Shown here: in pieces, positions 38,521 to 48,270 of the stretch
How the letters are laid out: every line of letters begins with the position of its first letter
How positions within the stretch are numbered: position 1 is the stretch's first letter
NCBI GenBank assembly: GCA_963674945.2
Contig: CAXXWQ010000004.1
Location: forward strand, 1,536,001-1,600,000
Reading direction: 5' to 3'
Source: an uncultured Desulfosarcina sp.
GTDB taxonomy: Bacteria; Desulfobacterota; Desulfobacteria; Desulfobacterales; Desulfosarcinaceae
Length of the DNA stretch: 64,000 nt
Notes under the pieces: model-generated
Seen by the model: the letters and a program-made list of their open reading frames with translations, nothing else
What the model was told of the DNA's origin: nothing
Databases searched by the model: none
Made by a program: the position numbers and the translations under genes

Positions 38521-40869
38521 TTAACCCACGTTTCGGGTGGTTTCTGGCAAGGCAACCGCTTTTTCCATGTTGACGGCCACGCGAAGGGCCTTGAGCCCCC
38601 GTACCCCGGGTAGGTCTTCCAGGTCCAGGTTCTCTGTCCCGTCGCACAGATATCCACAGCTTGAGAGATATTCGATATGGTGGTGCATCTGTAACCCCTC
38701 ATCGGGGTGGGAATAGACGATGGCGATCTTTCCCGGTTGGGTGAGGCGCTGCTTGCCTCCCTTGGCCATGGCCTTGTCCAGACGGGATTTGATGATTTCA
38801 TGGCGCACGTCGTAAGCGCCATCCACATCGAAACGCTTCTCGTCGTACCGGAACCGAATGGAAAGGGGTGAATGGTTCACCAGAACCAGGTGACAGGTAT
38901 CCAGCGGGACTTTCAAGGACGATTGTATCTCTGCCGTTTTTCGGGCAAGGCCGCAGGCGACCTCCAGTTGCCAGAGAACGAGGCTCTTCAAATAAAATGC
39001 ATTGAAATTTCCCTTCGGGTGCATGGACGCCCCGAGATAGATGACATAGTCGACACCGTCGGTCTGGTGTTTTTCGAAATAGTGGGGAAATACCTGTTGC
39101 GCATTTCGCTGCTGCCCGTCCAGATAGGCGGACAGCTGTTCGTTCAGTGAAGAGACACTTTCTTCGAATGCCTTTCGCTTCTCATAGACCACCCCCATGG
39201 CCGGATCGATGGCACGGTTGTATCGGTCGATGGCATGACCGACACCGGGACCGATCCGGCGAAGCTCGTCAAAGCAGGGCTCCACTTCCGCCTGGAGAAA
39301 AGAAGCCACGAGACGTTCTTCCTCGGCGGACAGACCGGTCCGGATGTCCTCGATCTTCCTGGTGATCCGATGGCGAAGTTCGCTGATCAGGGACCATGAT
39401 TTGATCTCCCCTGCCCGGCCCATGACGGCATCGGCCAGGGTCAGTTGCTCTGTCAGATCCGCCTGCACGCCCTGAATGCGGGCCTCGGAAGAACCCCGGA
39501 TATCCGACTGGCCGAACAGGGGGATGACATTTTTGAACACGATGGTTTCCATCTCCGACGGCTCTCCCCGTCGGATTCGCTCCATGTGATCGATGGCGGC
39601 CCGGCGGAACCGCCACTCCACCGAAGGATGAATGGCCGTACACTTTGTTTTGATGATCGCCTGCACCTCGTTGTCCATGTCCTCCAACCCGCGCTTCAAC
39701 GCCATGGAAAACAAAGGGGCGATGTGGCCCATCTTCTCGGCGTCCACGGCGTCCAGCGTGTCGGGTTGGTTGGATCTGATACAAAAGGTACCCACAGCAT
39801 CGCCGCCGAAAAAAAGCGGCGCCACCATTATGGATCGGACGCCGTGGTCCACCAGTTCCTGCTCCGACGCACAGCGGACGGACTTTTTCCGCAAATCGGA
39901 TATGCGGACGATCTTTTTTTGCTGGACGGCCTTGCTCCAGATGGAGCCCGTCAATTCTTCCATGGGAATGTGGCTGGAGTTGGTGAACAGGCAGTTGGCA
40001 TCAGAGGCTTGTCTGTCATTGAAGATCAGCACCTGCTCACCCTGTAAACCGGCGAGACCGGCCTTGAGATTGGGCTGTCCAAACAGGGTACAGAGCCGGT
40101 CCTGGAGTCTTTTGAAACCATGGGCGGAGAATATGGATTTCTGGTCGATCAGGTCCCGCTCAATGGCGGAGACGACCTCCGATTCGGTCACCTCCATGGC
40201 CCGATCCACCGTAAAGCCGCGGAGAATGAACTTTTCCGGTGGCAGGATGGCAGTCAGTGCCCCTATATCGGCCATGCGGGAAAGAATCTGTTCACGGTCC
40301 CTCTCGGAGAGTTCCAATGGAGAGCCCACGGTGCCCACCTGTACGAACTGAAAATCGGAGATGATCTGAAAATAGCGTTCAAGACCCGAATCCGGATCGG
40401 TCACGATTCGTACCATTGGGCTGTCTGGATTCTGGTCGATTCCGTAAAGCCGATGAAGGATCAGGGCATAGGATCGCAGGAGACGATGATGATCCAACCC
40501 CTTTTCGACTCCTTTGAAACGTCCGGCGATCTTCCCGTCCGCGTCAAGCAAACGTTTTTCATAAGCAGGTGTCAAGAAGATGGGTTGGTGGGTGAAGGGT
40601 GTAAAGGCACCGCTGAGTTCGGTCTCCCAGGTGGACTGGGGAAAGACGACACTCATCAACGGCGCCAGGATATCCTGATGGTCGGCGGCGACCGCCGGTT
40701 TTTCGATGTCCCCGTTTAATTCGGGTGTCTGGCGGACCCGTTTTTCGAATACGTCGAACATGGCGGCCATGTGTGGACAATTGGGTGCCACCTTCTCCCG
40801 CCAGAAATCCAGCAAGGGGTCGAGACTCAAAACAGTATGGATCGTGTACGGTATCTGTTCCTTGGCCAT
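38521..40869 (-). CDS. GAF-domain protein with a divergent C-terminal domain
   Basis: GAF signature (VRISDL...GVRSIMVAPL...VGTFCI); 782 aa from ATG 40869. Confidence 0.8.
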   Translation of the reverse strand: MAKEQIPYTIHTVLSLDPLLDFWREKVAPNCPHMAAMFDVFEKRVRQTPELNGDIEKPAVAADHQDILAPLMSVVFPQSTWETELSGAFTPFTHQPIFLTPAYEKRLLDADGKIAGRFKGVEKGLDHHRLLRSYALILHRLYGIDQNPDSPMVRIVTDPDSGLERYFQIISDFQFVQVGTVGSPLELSERDREQILSRMADIGALTAILPPEKFILRGFTVDRAMEVTESEVVSAIERDLIDQKSIFSAHGFKRLQDRLCTLFGQPNLKAGLAGLQGEQVLIFNDRQASDANCLFTNSSHIPMEELTGSIWSKAVQQKKIVRISDLRKKSVRCASEQELVDHGVRSIMVAPLFFGGDAVGTFCIRSNQPDTLDAVDAEKMGHIAPLFSMALKRGLEDMDNEVQAIIKTKCTAIHPSVEWRFRRAAIDHMERIRRGEPSEMETIVFKNVIPLFGQSDIRGSSEARIQGVQADLTEQLTLADAVMGRAGEIKSWSLISELRHRITRKIEDIRTGLSAEEERLVASFLQAEVEPCFDELRRIGPGVGHAIDRYNRAIDPAMGVVYEKRKAFEESVSSLNEQLSAYLDGQQRNAQQVFPHYFEKHQTDGVDYVIYLGASMHPKGNFNAFYLKSLVLWQLEVACGLARKTAEIQSSLKVPLDTCHLVLVNHSPLSIRFRYDEKRFDVDGAYDVRHEIIKSRLDKAMAKGGKQRLTQPGKIAIVYSHPDEGLQMHHHIEYLSSCGYLCDGTENLDLEDLPGVRGLKALRVAVNMEKAVALPETTRNVG

Positions 40870-41184
40870 AACCTTCTCTTTCGTTGGATAAGACGCCGAA
40901 AGACCAGCAGCTTGAATAAGCAACAACCCGGGATAGAATGCTCGGCGTTGGTATCCCATGGTAGGGGATACGCTGTGATTATGGGAAACCGCAGAAGTCA
41001 GAATTCAGCGCCGCCGCCGACCTTTGGCCGGTTTGAACGACAACTGAAACTATGCCAGTTTGGTGTAGTTTCATACGAGCGCCACATATCTTTCGAATAG
41101 CCCCAAAAGTATGAGTTATCTAAACTGATCTAACATAATCACGTGGATGGAAAAAGCCAGCGGCGGAAGGGGAATCACATGGTG

Positions 41185-41233
41185 AAAAAAAAATGCCCGT
41201 TTCGAACCGCGGTCCGAACGGGCATTTTTTTTT
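41185..41233. terminator. Bidirectional intrinsic terminator ending the qrc operon
   Basis: A-tract, TGCCCGTT...AACGGGCA stem, T-tract. Confidence 0.85.
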
Positions 41234-41243
41234 GGAGAAACGA

Positions 41244-41408
41244 TCAGTGGTGGCCGTGGCCGCCGTCTCCTTTTCCGGTATCGATTACGGTCTTGATCAG
41301 GCAATAGGTCATGCCCATGCCGATGACGGAAAGGGCGTACCAGAGACCGCCGTGAAACACAACGTGGCCGGCGTCCCAGACCCATTCGAAACAAATAAAG
41401 GGAAACAT
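41244..41408 (-). CDS. 54-aa membrane protein, last gene of the qrc operon (not in the ORF track)
   Basis: GGAGGAG RBS; MFPFICFEWVWDAGHVVFHGGLWYALSVIGMGMTYCLIKTVIDTGKGDGGHGHH; lies between qrcD and the terminator. Confidence 0.75.
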   Translation of the reverse strand: MFPFICFEWVWDAGHVVFHGGLWYALSVIGMGMTYCLIKTVIDTGKGDGGHGHH

Positions 41409-41428
41409 GTTCTCTCCTCCTTCTTCGG

Positions 41429-42733
41429 CTATGCTTTGGCCGGTTGCAGGTCGCCGGTATCCTCCGCCGTCTCTTCGATTGCCGCGGGGGCTTCTTCTTC
41501 AATGGGATTCAGTTCCGCCTCCTGGGGAAAAATCGGCAGATAGCGGTATGAAATCATGATCAGGATAACGCCGTAGGCCACGGGCAAGAGTGTGGTGGCC
41601 ACTTCCTGCCAGCTGGGGTAGTACAGTGCCCACTGGTCGAAGGGCAACACGGGAACGGCCATGACCTGAAGAACCATGACCCAGCGGTTCAAACATACCC
41701 CCATGACGCCCAGGAACAGGGCGGTGACGCGCCAGGTGGGATTTCTTCGCAAGGGTACGCTAATCAGGATGATCGCCGGCACAACCCCGCCAAGGATGAT
41801 CTCGGCGATGAGAATCCAGTATCCGTAGAAACCGTTGCCCGTATAAAAATCGGCCAGGGTCTGCCCCAACCCGGGCGCCACGATGTTGGCCCACCGGGTG
41901 GTATCGGCGATCTTGACGATCGTATAGGTAAAGATCATCCAACCGGAAATCTTGGCAAAGAGGTCGATGACATTGTCCTTGACCAGTTTCTTGCCGGAGA
42001 CTTTCTCGGTGATCCAGGTGATCAGCATCGTGAAACAGGGGCCGTACGCCGCAGCGGACCATGTAAAGAGAAAAAAGGTCCAGGGCCAGATGAGGAGCCC
42101 CTCACGATAGGCGAAGGGACGACCGAAGAGAACGCCGGCGACACCACCCAGGGACCCCTGATGAAAAAAGGAGAGGAAGGCGCCGGTGGCGGCGAAAACC
42201 GCCATGGTCTCGTGCATATTGTGGCTCAGGTTGTGAAAAAACGGAACCTTGTCCAGCTGTCGGTTTTCCAGGATCAGCGGGATGTACTCGATGGTCAGCA
42301 CCGCAAAATAGCAGGACAGGCAGAAGGCCACCTCGGTGAGCATGGAGTGGACATTGGCGTGCCAGAAAATAAACCAGCTGCGAAGCGGCTGTCCAACGTC
42401 GATGGCAAGGATGAGCAGAGCGGAACTGTAGCAGATGAACCCGATGAGAACGGCGTAGTTGATGATGTTCTTGAGCTCATCCTTACCGATGATATACTTG
42501 AGTAGCCCGCTGAAAAAAGCGCCGCCGCCCAGAGCAATGACAGCCAGATCCGCCCAGATCCAGATGGCAAACCCGTAATAGTCATTCATGTTTGTCTGGT
42601 TCAGTCCTTTGATCCAGCATAGCAACAGGGCATACACCCCCCATAAAAGGACAGCGCCCGCGATGCCCAGTCCCAGGAGGAACTGCCACATGGGGCAACG
42701 TTTGACTCCTTTGGGTATTAAAGCAGAATCCAT
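41429..42733 (-). CDS. qrcD: Quinone reductase complex integral membrane subunit (NrfD/PsrC family)
   Basis: DLAVIALGGGAF, DVGQPLR.W, SMLTEV, HQGSLGG; operon order. Confidence 0.9.
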   Translation of the reverse strand: MDSALIPKGVKRCPMWQFLLGLGIAGAVLLWGVYALLLCWIKGLNQTNMNDYYGFAIWIWADLAVIALGGGAFFSGLLKYIIGKDELKNIINYAVLIGFICYSSALLILAIDVGQPLRSWFIFWHANVHSMLTEVAFCLSCYFAVLTIEYIPLILENRQLDKVPFFHNLSHNMHETMAVFAATGAFLSFFHQGSLGGVAGVLFGRPFAYREGLLIWPWTFFLFTWSAAAYGPCFTMLITWITEKVSGKKLVKDNVIDLFAKISGWMIFTYTIVKIADTTRWANIVAPGLGQTLADFYTGNGFYGYWILIAEIILGGVVPAIILISVPLRRNPTWRVTALFLGVMGVCLNRWVMVLQVMAVPVLPFDQWALYYPSWQEVATTLLPVAYGVILIMISYRYLPIFPQEAELNPIEEEAPAAIEETAEDTGDLQPAKA

Positions 42734-42826
42734 AGGGTAAGTACTCCTTGATCTGTACGGTTTGCCGTTTAAGTCTTATGGTTCCGATACGATCGCGCCG
42801 ATGCGATCGCGTCTTCACAAAACGCT

Positions 42827-43654
42827 TTAGTGGTGCGGCTGGGAAACCTGCCCGGTCTTTTCATGGGCCAGATAGTTATCGCCGGCCCGGCGCACCCATT
42901 CCCGACTGGACAGATAGTACACCTTGGTATTGGTACCCAGTCGCTCCAACAGCCGGAAGGCGTTGGGATTTTTTGATCGGTTGCCGTTGTGCGGGTCCGG
43001 CTTGACGATCTGGTGAACCTTGTGTTCCGGATTGTTCAGGTCCCCGAAAACGATGGCACCGGCAGGACAAGCCTGGGTGCAGGCGGTCTGGTATGCCGCT
43101 TCGGCCACCTTGCGGGTTCCGTCCGTATACGCCTTGTTCTTGGCAAGTTGATAACGATGGAAACAGAAGCTGCACTTTTCCACGACGCCGCGCATCCGGG
43201 GAGACACGTTGGGGCTCAGGTATTTCTCCATCCCGTCGGGCCAGACCGGATCCCACCAATTGAAGTACCGGGCATGGTAGGGGCAAGCTCCCATGCAGTA
43301 CCGGCAACCGAAGCATCGGGTATAGATCTGGCTGACGATGCCTGTTTCACGGCTGTAATCGGTGGCCGTCGCGGGGCAGACCGAGACGCAGGGGCTGTGG
43401 CCGCCGTGTCCTTCGCAGTGCTGACAGGGCCGTGGCAGATAGCAGATCTCCGTGTCCGGAAAACTTTTTCCGTTGGTCAATTTGAAAACGCGCATCCAGG
43501 AAATGCTGCGTAGTTTGTCTGACTCGTCTTCCTTGAAGGGGATGTTGTTCTCGGACATGCAGGCCACCATGCAGGCACCGCATCCGGTACACTTGTCCAG
43601 GTCGATGGCCATCCCATATCTCATGGGCGTAGTATGTTTCTGCTCTTGTTTCAT
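42827..43654 (-). CDS. qrcC: Quinone reductase complex iron-sulfur subunit
   Basis: DLDKCTGCGACMVAC, PCQHC...PCVSVCP, CFGCRYCMGACPY, EKCSFC...C.QACP. Confidence 0.92.
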   Translation of the reverse strand: MKQEQKHTTPMRYGMAIDLDKCTGCGACMVACMSENNIPFKEDESDKLRSISWMRVFKLTNGKSFPDTEICYLPRPCQHCEGHGGHSPCVSVCPATATDYSRETGIVSQIYTRCFGCRYCMGACPYHARYFNWWDPVWPDGMEKYLSPNVSPRMRGVVEKCSFCFHRYQLAKNKAYTDGTRKVAEAAYQTACTQACPAGAIVFGDLNNPEHKVHQIVKPDPHNGNRSKNPNAFRLLERLGTNTKVYYLSSREWVRRAGDNYLAHEKTGQVSQPHH

Positions 43655-43675
43655 CAGATCCTCATGTCAGGTTGG

Positions 43676-45841
43676 TTAGGCTTTGGCCAACATGGCCCGG
43701 ATTCCCCATGCGGCATTGAGACCGGAAGAAGGATCCTCGACAGGGCCGATGAGTGCGTTGAAATTGACCCCCTTGTCTGCCAGGTAGCCGTCGTAGCCGG
43801 TATGCCCCAGTCCTCTCACCATGGCGATCACGCCGGGCATGATCCCCTCGGACAGATGAACCCGTACCCGGGCTTGACCACGGGGCGTGGTCAGTTTTGC
43901 CATGGTGCCTTCGGCGAGACCGTTTTCGGCCGCCGTCTGGGGATTGACCTCGACGAAACCGTCCTTTCCCTTGATCACGGTGTCGGAAACGGTTTTGATC
44001 ATGAAAGGCGGAGCGCCGATGTATCCCGTCGATACGCGGATGGAATCGAAGGGAATCAGCACCAGCGGAAAACTGTCCACCTCGCCCTCGGCCTGAAGGG
44101 CCGGCGTATTCAGGTCGGCCATGCGAAACTTGCTGGCCACCGGGTCAATTCTCTTTTCCACCCACACGCCCTCTTCCATCAGGAGATTCCATCTTTTCCC
44201 CATGGTCTCCTGCAGGCAGGTCTCGTAATCTTCCCAGGCAAAGGCATCGGCGATGGCCCCACCCATTGCTTTGGCGAGGGTGATTACCGTCTCTCCAAGG
44301 TGCCGGGTATTGAATTGGGGAGAAACCACCGGTTTGCTCAGACCAATGACCTGCTGTAGGATTCCGGCACCAACGGGGATGTCTTCGTATCGTTCCAGGT
44401 AGACGTGATCGGGCATAAGAAGATCGGCCATCTGAGCGGTATCGTCGTTGAAGGAGGAGAAACTGACGATAAAGGGAATCTGGGCCAACACCTCCTTCAC
44501 CTTCATCGCATCGGCCAGATCGTGACAGGGATTTGCACCGGCCACCATCAAAAGCTGCAGGGCATACGGACCTTCGCCGTTGATGGCAGGAACCATACGG
44601 TCGGCCAAGCTTTCGACGTCGCTGTACGTTTTGGTTCCGGCGCCGTCCAACCGTGGCTGGTCGAGTCCTGCGGCAGACATTGTATCCGGCTTTACCCGTG
44701 GCCATTGGATGTAGTCGGCGTATGGAAGGACGTACATGCCGCCTTCTTGATTGATGTTGTCTGCCAGGGCATTGAGCAGATAGACGGCGGCGGTTTCCCG
44801 CAGGCTGGTGCCGATTTCGCCTTTTCCCCGGCCGCACAGCGCCAGGGGGCGACCGGCTTTGGCAAAGGCCGTGGCCAGTTCCATGATCACATCGGCCGAC
44901 ACACCGGTAATCCGGGCCACCGTCTCCGCCGGGTAGTTGTCCAGAAGATCCTTTTTTACACGGCGCATTCCCGATACGGCACCGCTGCCCACCATATTGT
45001 TTTTAACCATGGCGGCGGCGATGCCCAATGCCAGATCCGCTTCGGTTCCGGGATTGATGGGAATCCAGCGGTTGGCCTTGGCCGCCGTGTTGGAAAGGCG
45101 CGGTTCAATCTGAACCACAGCGGCGCTGTTTTCCTTCCACTTGCTGTTGGCCCGGAAAGTACGAACCGGCGAGCCCCAGCCATCCAACAGACCGCTTCCG
45201 AAACTCAAGATGTAGTCGGCATTTTCCAGGTCATATCCGATTCTGCCCTCGTCTTCGAACAGCATCTTTACGGCCAATGCCTCCGTATCCTGCGGTGAAG
45301 GCATTCGGATGAAGTTTGGGGATCCGTAGGCGGTCATGAAGCGTTCCAGGAGGGCCGGCACCGTCCCGCCCGGACCGGCAATGGCCCCCACGGTGTGCGA
45401 TTCACCACCATCGCGAATTTCGGTGAGTTTTTCCGAAAGCAGGGCCGTGGCCTCTTCCCAGGAGATCCGTTCCCATTTTCCCTCGCCCCGTTCGCCGACC
45501 CGTTTCATGGGCGATTTGACCCGCGTCGGACCGTACAACAGCTGCAGACCGGAAAGCCCCTTGATGCAGATACCGCCGTCATTGATCAAGTGTCCTTTCT
45601 TTCCCTCGATTTTGACGGCGCGGTTGTCGACCTTGCGAACGGAAATACCGCAACCACCCGGACAGAGCGAACAGGTGGAATCCTGATAGGTGTATGCCCC
45701 ATCCGGCGGAACCGGCGTCCAGGGCCACATCTGGGACCAAATGGCGGCGTCATCCATGAGTTTCCACGGCAATGGCGACAGGGCCGTACCCGCCGCGCCG
45801 CCGATGACGAACGATAAGAAACTTCTTCTGTCAACTTTCAT
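43676..45841 (-). CDS. qrcB: Quinone reductase complex molybdopterin-oxidoreductase-like subunit
   Basis: Tat signal DRRSFL, SP.PWKL.DD.AIWSQ.W, molybdopterin-family fold motifs. Confidence 0.9.
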   Translation of the reverse strand: MKVDRRSFLSFVIGGAAGTALSPLPWKLMDDAAIWSQMWPWTPVPPDGAYTYQDSTCSLCPGGCGISVRKVDNRAVKIEGKKGHLINDGGICIKGLSGLQLLYGPTRVKSPMKRVGERGEGKWERISWEEATALLSEKLTEIRDGGESHTVGAIAGPGGTVPALLERFMTAYGSPNFIRMPSPQDTEALAVKMLFEDEGRIGYDLENADYILSFGSGLLDGWGSPVRTFRANSKWKENSAAVVQIEPRLSNTAAKANRWIPINPGTEADLALGIAAAMVKNNMVGSGAVSGMRRVKKDLLDNYPAETVARITGVSADVIMELATAFAKAGRPLALCGRGKGEIGTSLRETAAVYLLNALADNINQEGGMYVLPYADYIQWPRVKPDTMSAAGLDQPRLDGAGTKTYSDVESLADRMVPAINGEGPYALQLLMVAGANPCHDLADAMKVKEVLAQIPFIVSFSSFNDDTAQMADLLMPDHVYLERYEDIPVGAGILQQVIGLSKPVVSPQFNTRHLGETVITLAKAMGGAIADAFAWEDYETCLQETMGKRWNLLMEEGVWVEKRIDPVASKFRMADLNTPALQAEGEVDSFPLVLIPFDSIRVSTGYIGAPPFMIKTVSDTVIKGKDGFVEVNPQTAAENGLAEGTMAKLTTPRGQARVRVHLSEGIMPGVIAMVRGLGHTGYDGYLADKGVNFNALIGPVEDPSSGLNAAWGIRAMLAKA

Positions 45842-45912
45842 CTAAATTTCCCCTCACCTTATATACGAAACAGAAGCTATAATGGTGGTTCAGGCCATGG
45901 TTTTCTTCCCGG

Positions 45913-46602
45913 CTACTTATGGCAAACAAAACAGGCATCACGCTCGGTCTGAACGCTGGATGTATGAATGATTCCCGCTTCCTTGTGGCATTGTGCGCAG
46001 TCATCCATCTTCATGCGGTCCCAGCTGTTTTTCTTGAACCCGCCGATGTTCTTGCCCCAGATGTCCCGGCTGTACCGGGTGATGAGATTGTATTCGTAAG
46101 GTCGGGAGCTTTCCGATTCGCCGATGTGACCGTGGCAGGTAACGCAGTCCATTTTGGCACCGACCACGTGGGCGGCATGGGAAAAGAACACACAGTCCGG
46201 TTGGCGGGAGTAGGCGAGCCACGGTACTTCCCGGTTTTTCCACACGTATTGCTCGACGAAAACGGCCTCATCCTCGGATTCCCCCATGGTCTCCTCGTGG
46301 CAATTCACGCACTGGGCGAGCTTGGGAATACCGGAGAAGCTTCCGTCTTCCCTGAAGTAGTGGCAACTGTTGCAGCCATCGTCCACCTCTCCCACATGGA
46401 GGGCATGGTTGAAACTCAGCGGCTGCTGTTTCTGCGAATAGAGAAGCTCGGGAAAAACCACCCAGCCCAGAACCATACTGGCGGCAAAACCGATGATGAA
46501 AAACAGGATAATATACCCGCTGGCACTTGCGTTGTTGCCATCTTTGGCATGCACTGCGCCATCCTCCATCGCCTCTTTGGCCTTTTCGTTTAAGGTACTC
46601 AT
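45913..46602 (-). CDS. qrcA: Quinone reductase complex membrane-anchored pentaheme cytochrome c
   Basis: TM anchor; five CxxCH motifs (CNSCH, CVNCH, CVTCH, CAQCH, CFVCH); QPDCVFFSH. Confidence 0.92.
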   Translation of the reverse strand: MSTLNEKAKEAMEDGAVHAKDGNNASASGYIILFFIIGFAASMVLGWVVFPELLYSQKQQPLSFNHALHVGEVDDGCNSCHYFREDGSFSGIPKLAQCVNCHEETMGESEDEAVFVEQYVWKNREVPWLAYSRQPDCVFFSHAAHVVGAKMDCVTCHGHIGESESSRPYEYNLITRYSRDIWGKNIGGFKKNSWDRMKMDDCAQCHKEAGIIHTSSVQTERDACFVCHK

Positions 46603-47014
46603 GAAATCTCCGTCAACCGCGTTATGATGATTTCTGCCGTGAAACCATTTCCCAATGAAACGTAAATCGCCTTCGTTTCCTTCTCTACACCGTTCAAAGG
46701 TTCTCACGACGCTCTTGTCGAATACGCCGAATTCGTTACCGGTGCTTGCCCATTCATATTATTCAGACGGGATGCATTCCCTCCCACGGGTAAAAAAATT
46801 AGGGAGGTAAAGCTTGCGCCTTACTATAGGTAGTCGGTCATTTTGTCAAGAAAAAATCCTTGAAAACAGGCCGTTGTCCTGGCGTGGGCGAATTGTGCAA
46901 ACTCGCGAAAGGCGGCTGTTTACCGGCATATGGCCCTTGCCGAAGGATGGATGTTATCGCTTTCAGCAGGACCGGACATCGCCGACCGGATGAAACGCGA
47001 CATCGGGATCGGAC

Positions 47015-47042
47015 TTGACATGTTGCGTTCCAACATTAAAAT
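47015..47042 (+). promoter_or_regulatory. Putative sigma-70 promoter of the ABC operon with a palindrome in the spacer
   Basis: TTGACA-N16-TAAAAT; ATGTTG-N5-CAACAT at 47020-47036. Confidence 0.45.
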
Positions 47043-47237
47043 ACTAAACGCATACGGACCGCCATTATGAAGCAGGTGGCATCCTCGCCACCGTGGCGAC
47101 CGATTCGTTCGATTACAGCATTCCCAGACGACAACCCCATTCGCGTAGCCGGCCATCGGCACCGAAACGGTATGTGCCGTCGTTCTGGTTCTGCTCTCTT
47201 TACATGATCTCTTCAAGGCCAAGGAGACCGCAAGTCT

Positions 47238-48185
47238 ATGATTGAAGTCAAGCATCTGACCAAACGGTTCGGCACTCATCCGGCGGTGGACGGCATCTCA
47301 TTCTCCGCAGCGAAGGGCGAAATATTGGGTTTTTTGGGGCCTAATGGCGCAGGCAAATCCACCACCATGCGCATGATCACTGGATTTTTTCCTCCCAGTG
47401 ATGGAACCGTGATCATCGGGGGCAACGATATTGTACTTCATCCCATCGCCGCTCGAAAAATGATCGGCTATCTTCCCGAAAATGCTCCGGTATATCCGGA
47501 TATGACCGTAAGCCGTTACCTGGATTTCTGCGCGGAAATCCGCGGCTTCTCGGGAGCGGCCAGAAAAAAACGGGTGGCGGAAACCGTGGAACGATGCTTT
47601 CTGACCGGCGTACGCCACCAGACGGTCAACACCCTCTCCAAGGGCTACAAACAAAGGGTCTGCTTTGCCCAGAGTATCCTGCACGACCCCGAATACCTGA
47701 TTCTGGACGAACCCACCGACGGACTGGACCCCAACCAGAAACACGAAGTCCGTCTCATGATCCGTGAGATGAGCGCCACCAAGGCCATCATCTTCTCCAC
47801 CCATATTCTGGATGAGGTGGATGCCGTGTGCAGCCGGGCCATCATCATCGCGGATGGCAAAATCGTCGCAGACGATACGCCCGACGGTCTTAGAAAGCGA
47901 TCGGCTTTTTACGGGTCCGTCGTGCTCACCGTAAAAAGGGGGGGGGCGGAAGGAATGCAAAAGCGCATCGGTGAATTGGATGGCGTCGCATCGGTATCCG
48001 TGGTGAGTGCCGAAAAGGAACGCACAACCTTGCGCATCTTTGCCGATGAACCGACGACGCCCATCGCCGATCGGATAATCGCTTCGCTGGGTGAAAGTGC
48101 ATCGGCCATCGACGCCCTATTCGTGGAACAAGGGCGCCTGGACGATGTGTTTCGCGACATCACCACCGGCGGACAACAACGCTAA
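47238..48185 (+). CDS. ABC transporter ATP-binding protein (GldA-like)
   Basis: GPNGAGKST, LSKGYKQR, ILDEPT, STH. Confidence 0.93.
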   Translation: MIEVKHLTKRFGTHPAVDGISFSAAKGEILGFLGPNGAGKSTTMRMITGFFPPSDGTVIIGGNDIVLHPIAARKMIGYLPENAPVYPDMTVSRYLDFCAEIRGFSGAARKKRVAETVERCFLTGVRHQTVNTLSKGYKQRVCFAQSILHDPEYLILDEPTDGLDPNQKHEVRLMIREMSATKAIIFSTHILDEVDAVCSRAIIIADGKIVADDTPDGLRKRSAFYGSVVLTVKRGGAEGMQKRIGELDGVASVSVVSAEKERTTLRIFADEPTTPIADRIIASLGESASAIDALFVEQGRLDDVFRDITTGGQQR

Positions 48186-48270
48186 TGCCTATCCGGAAAT
48201 GGCCAATTTGCCCGATATGGGCCTTACACTCGAAATTTTATTCTCGGAATATCAACCAATGGAGAGGTAA

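Noticed and set aside
46890..46912. Rex operator upstream of qrcA (TTGTGCAAACTCGCGAA)
   Set aside because: Spacing is one base short and there are several mismatches to TTGTGAA-N4-TTCACAA.
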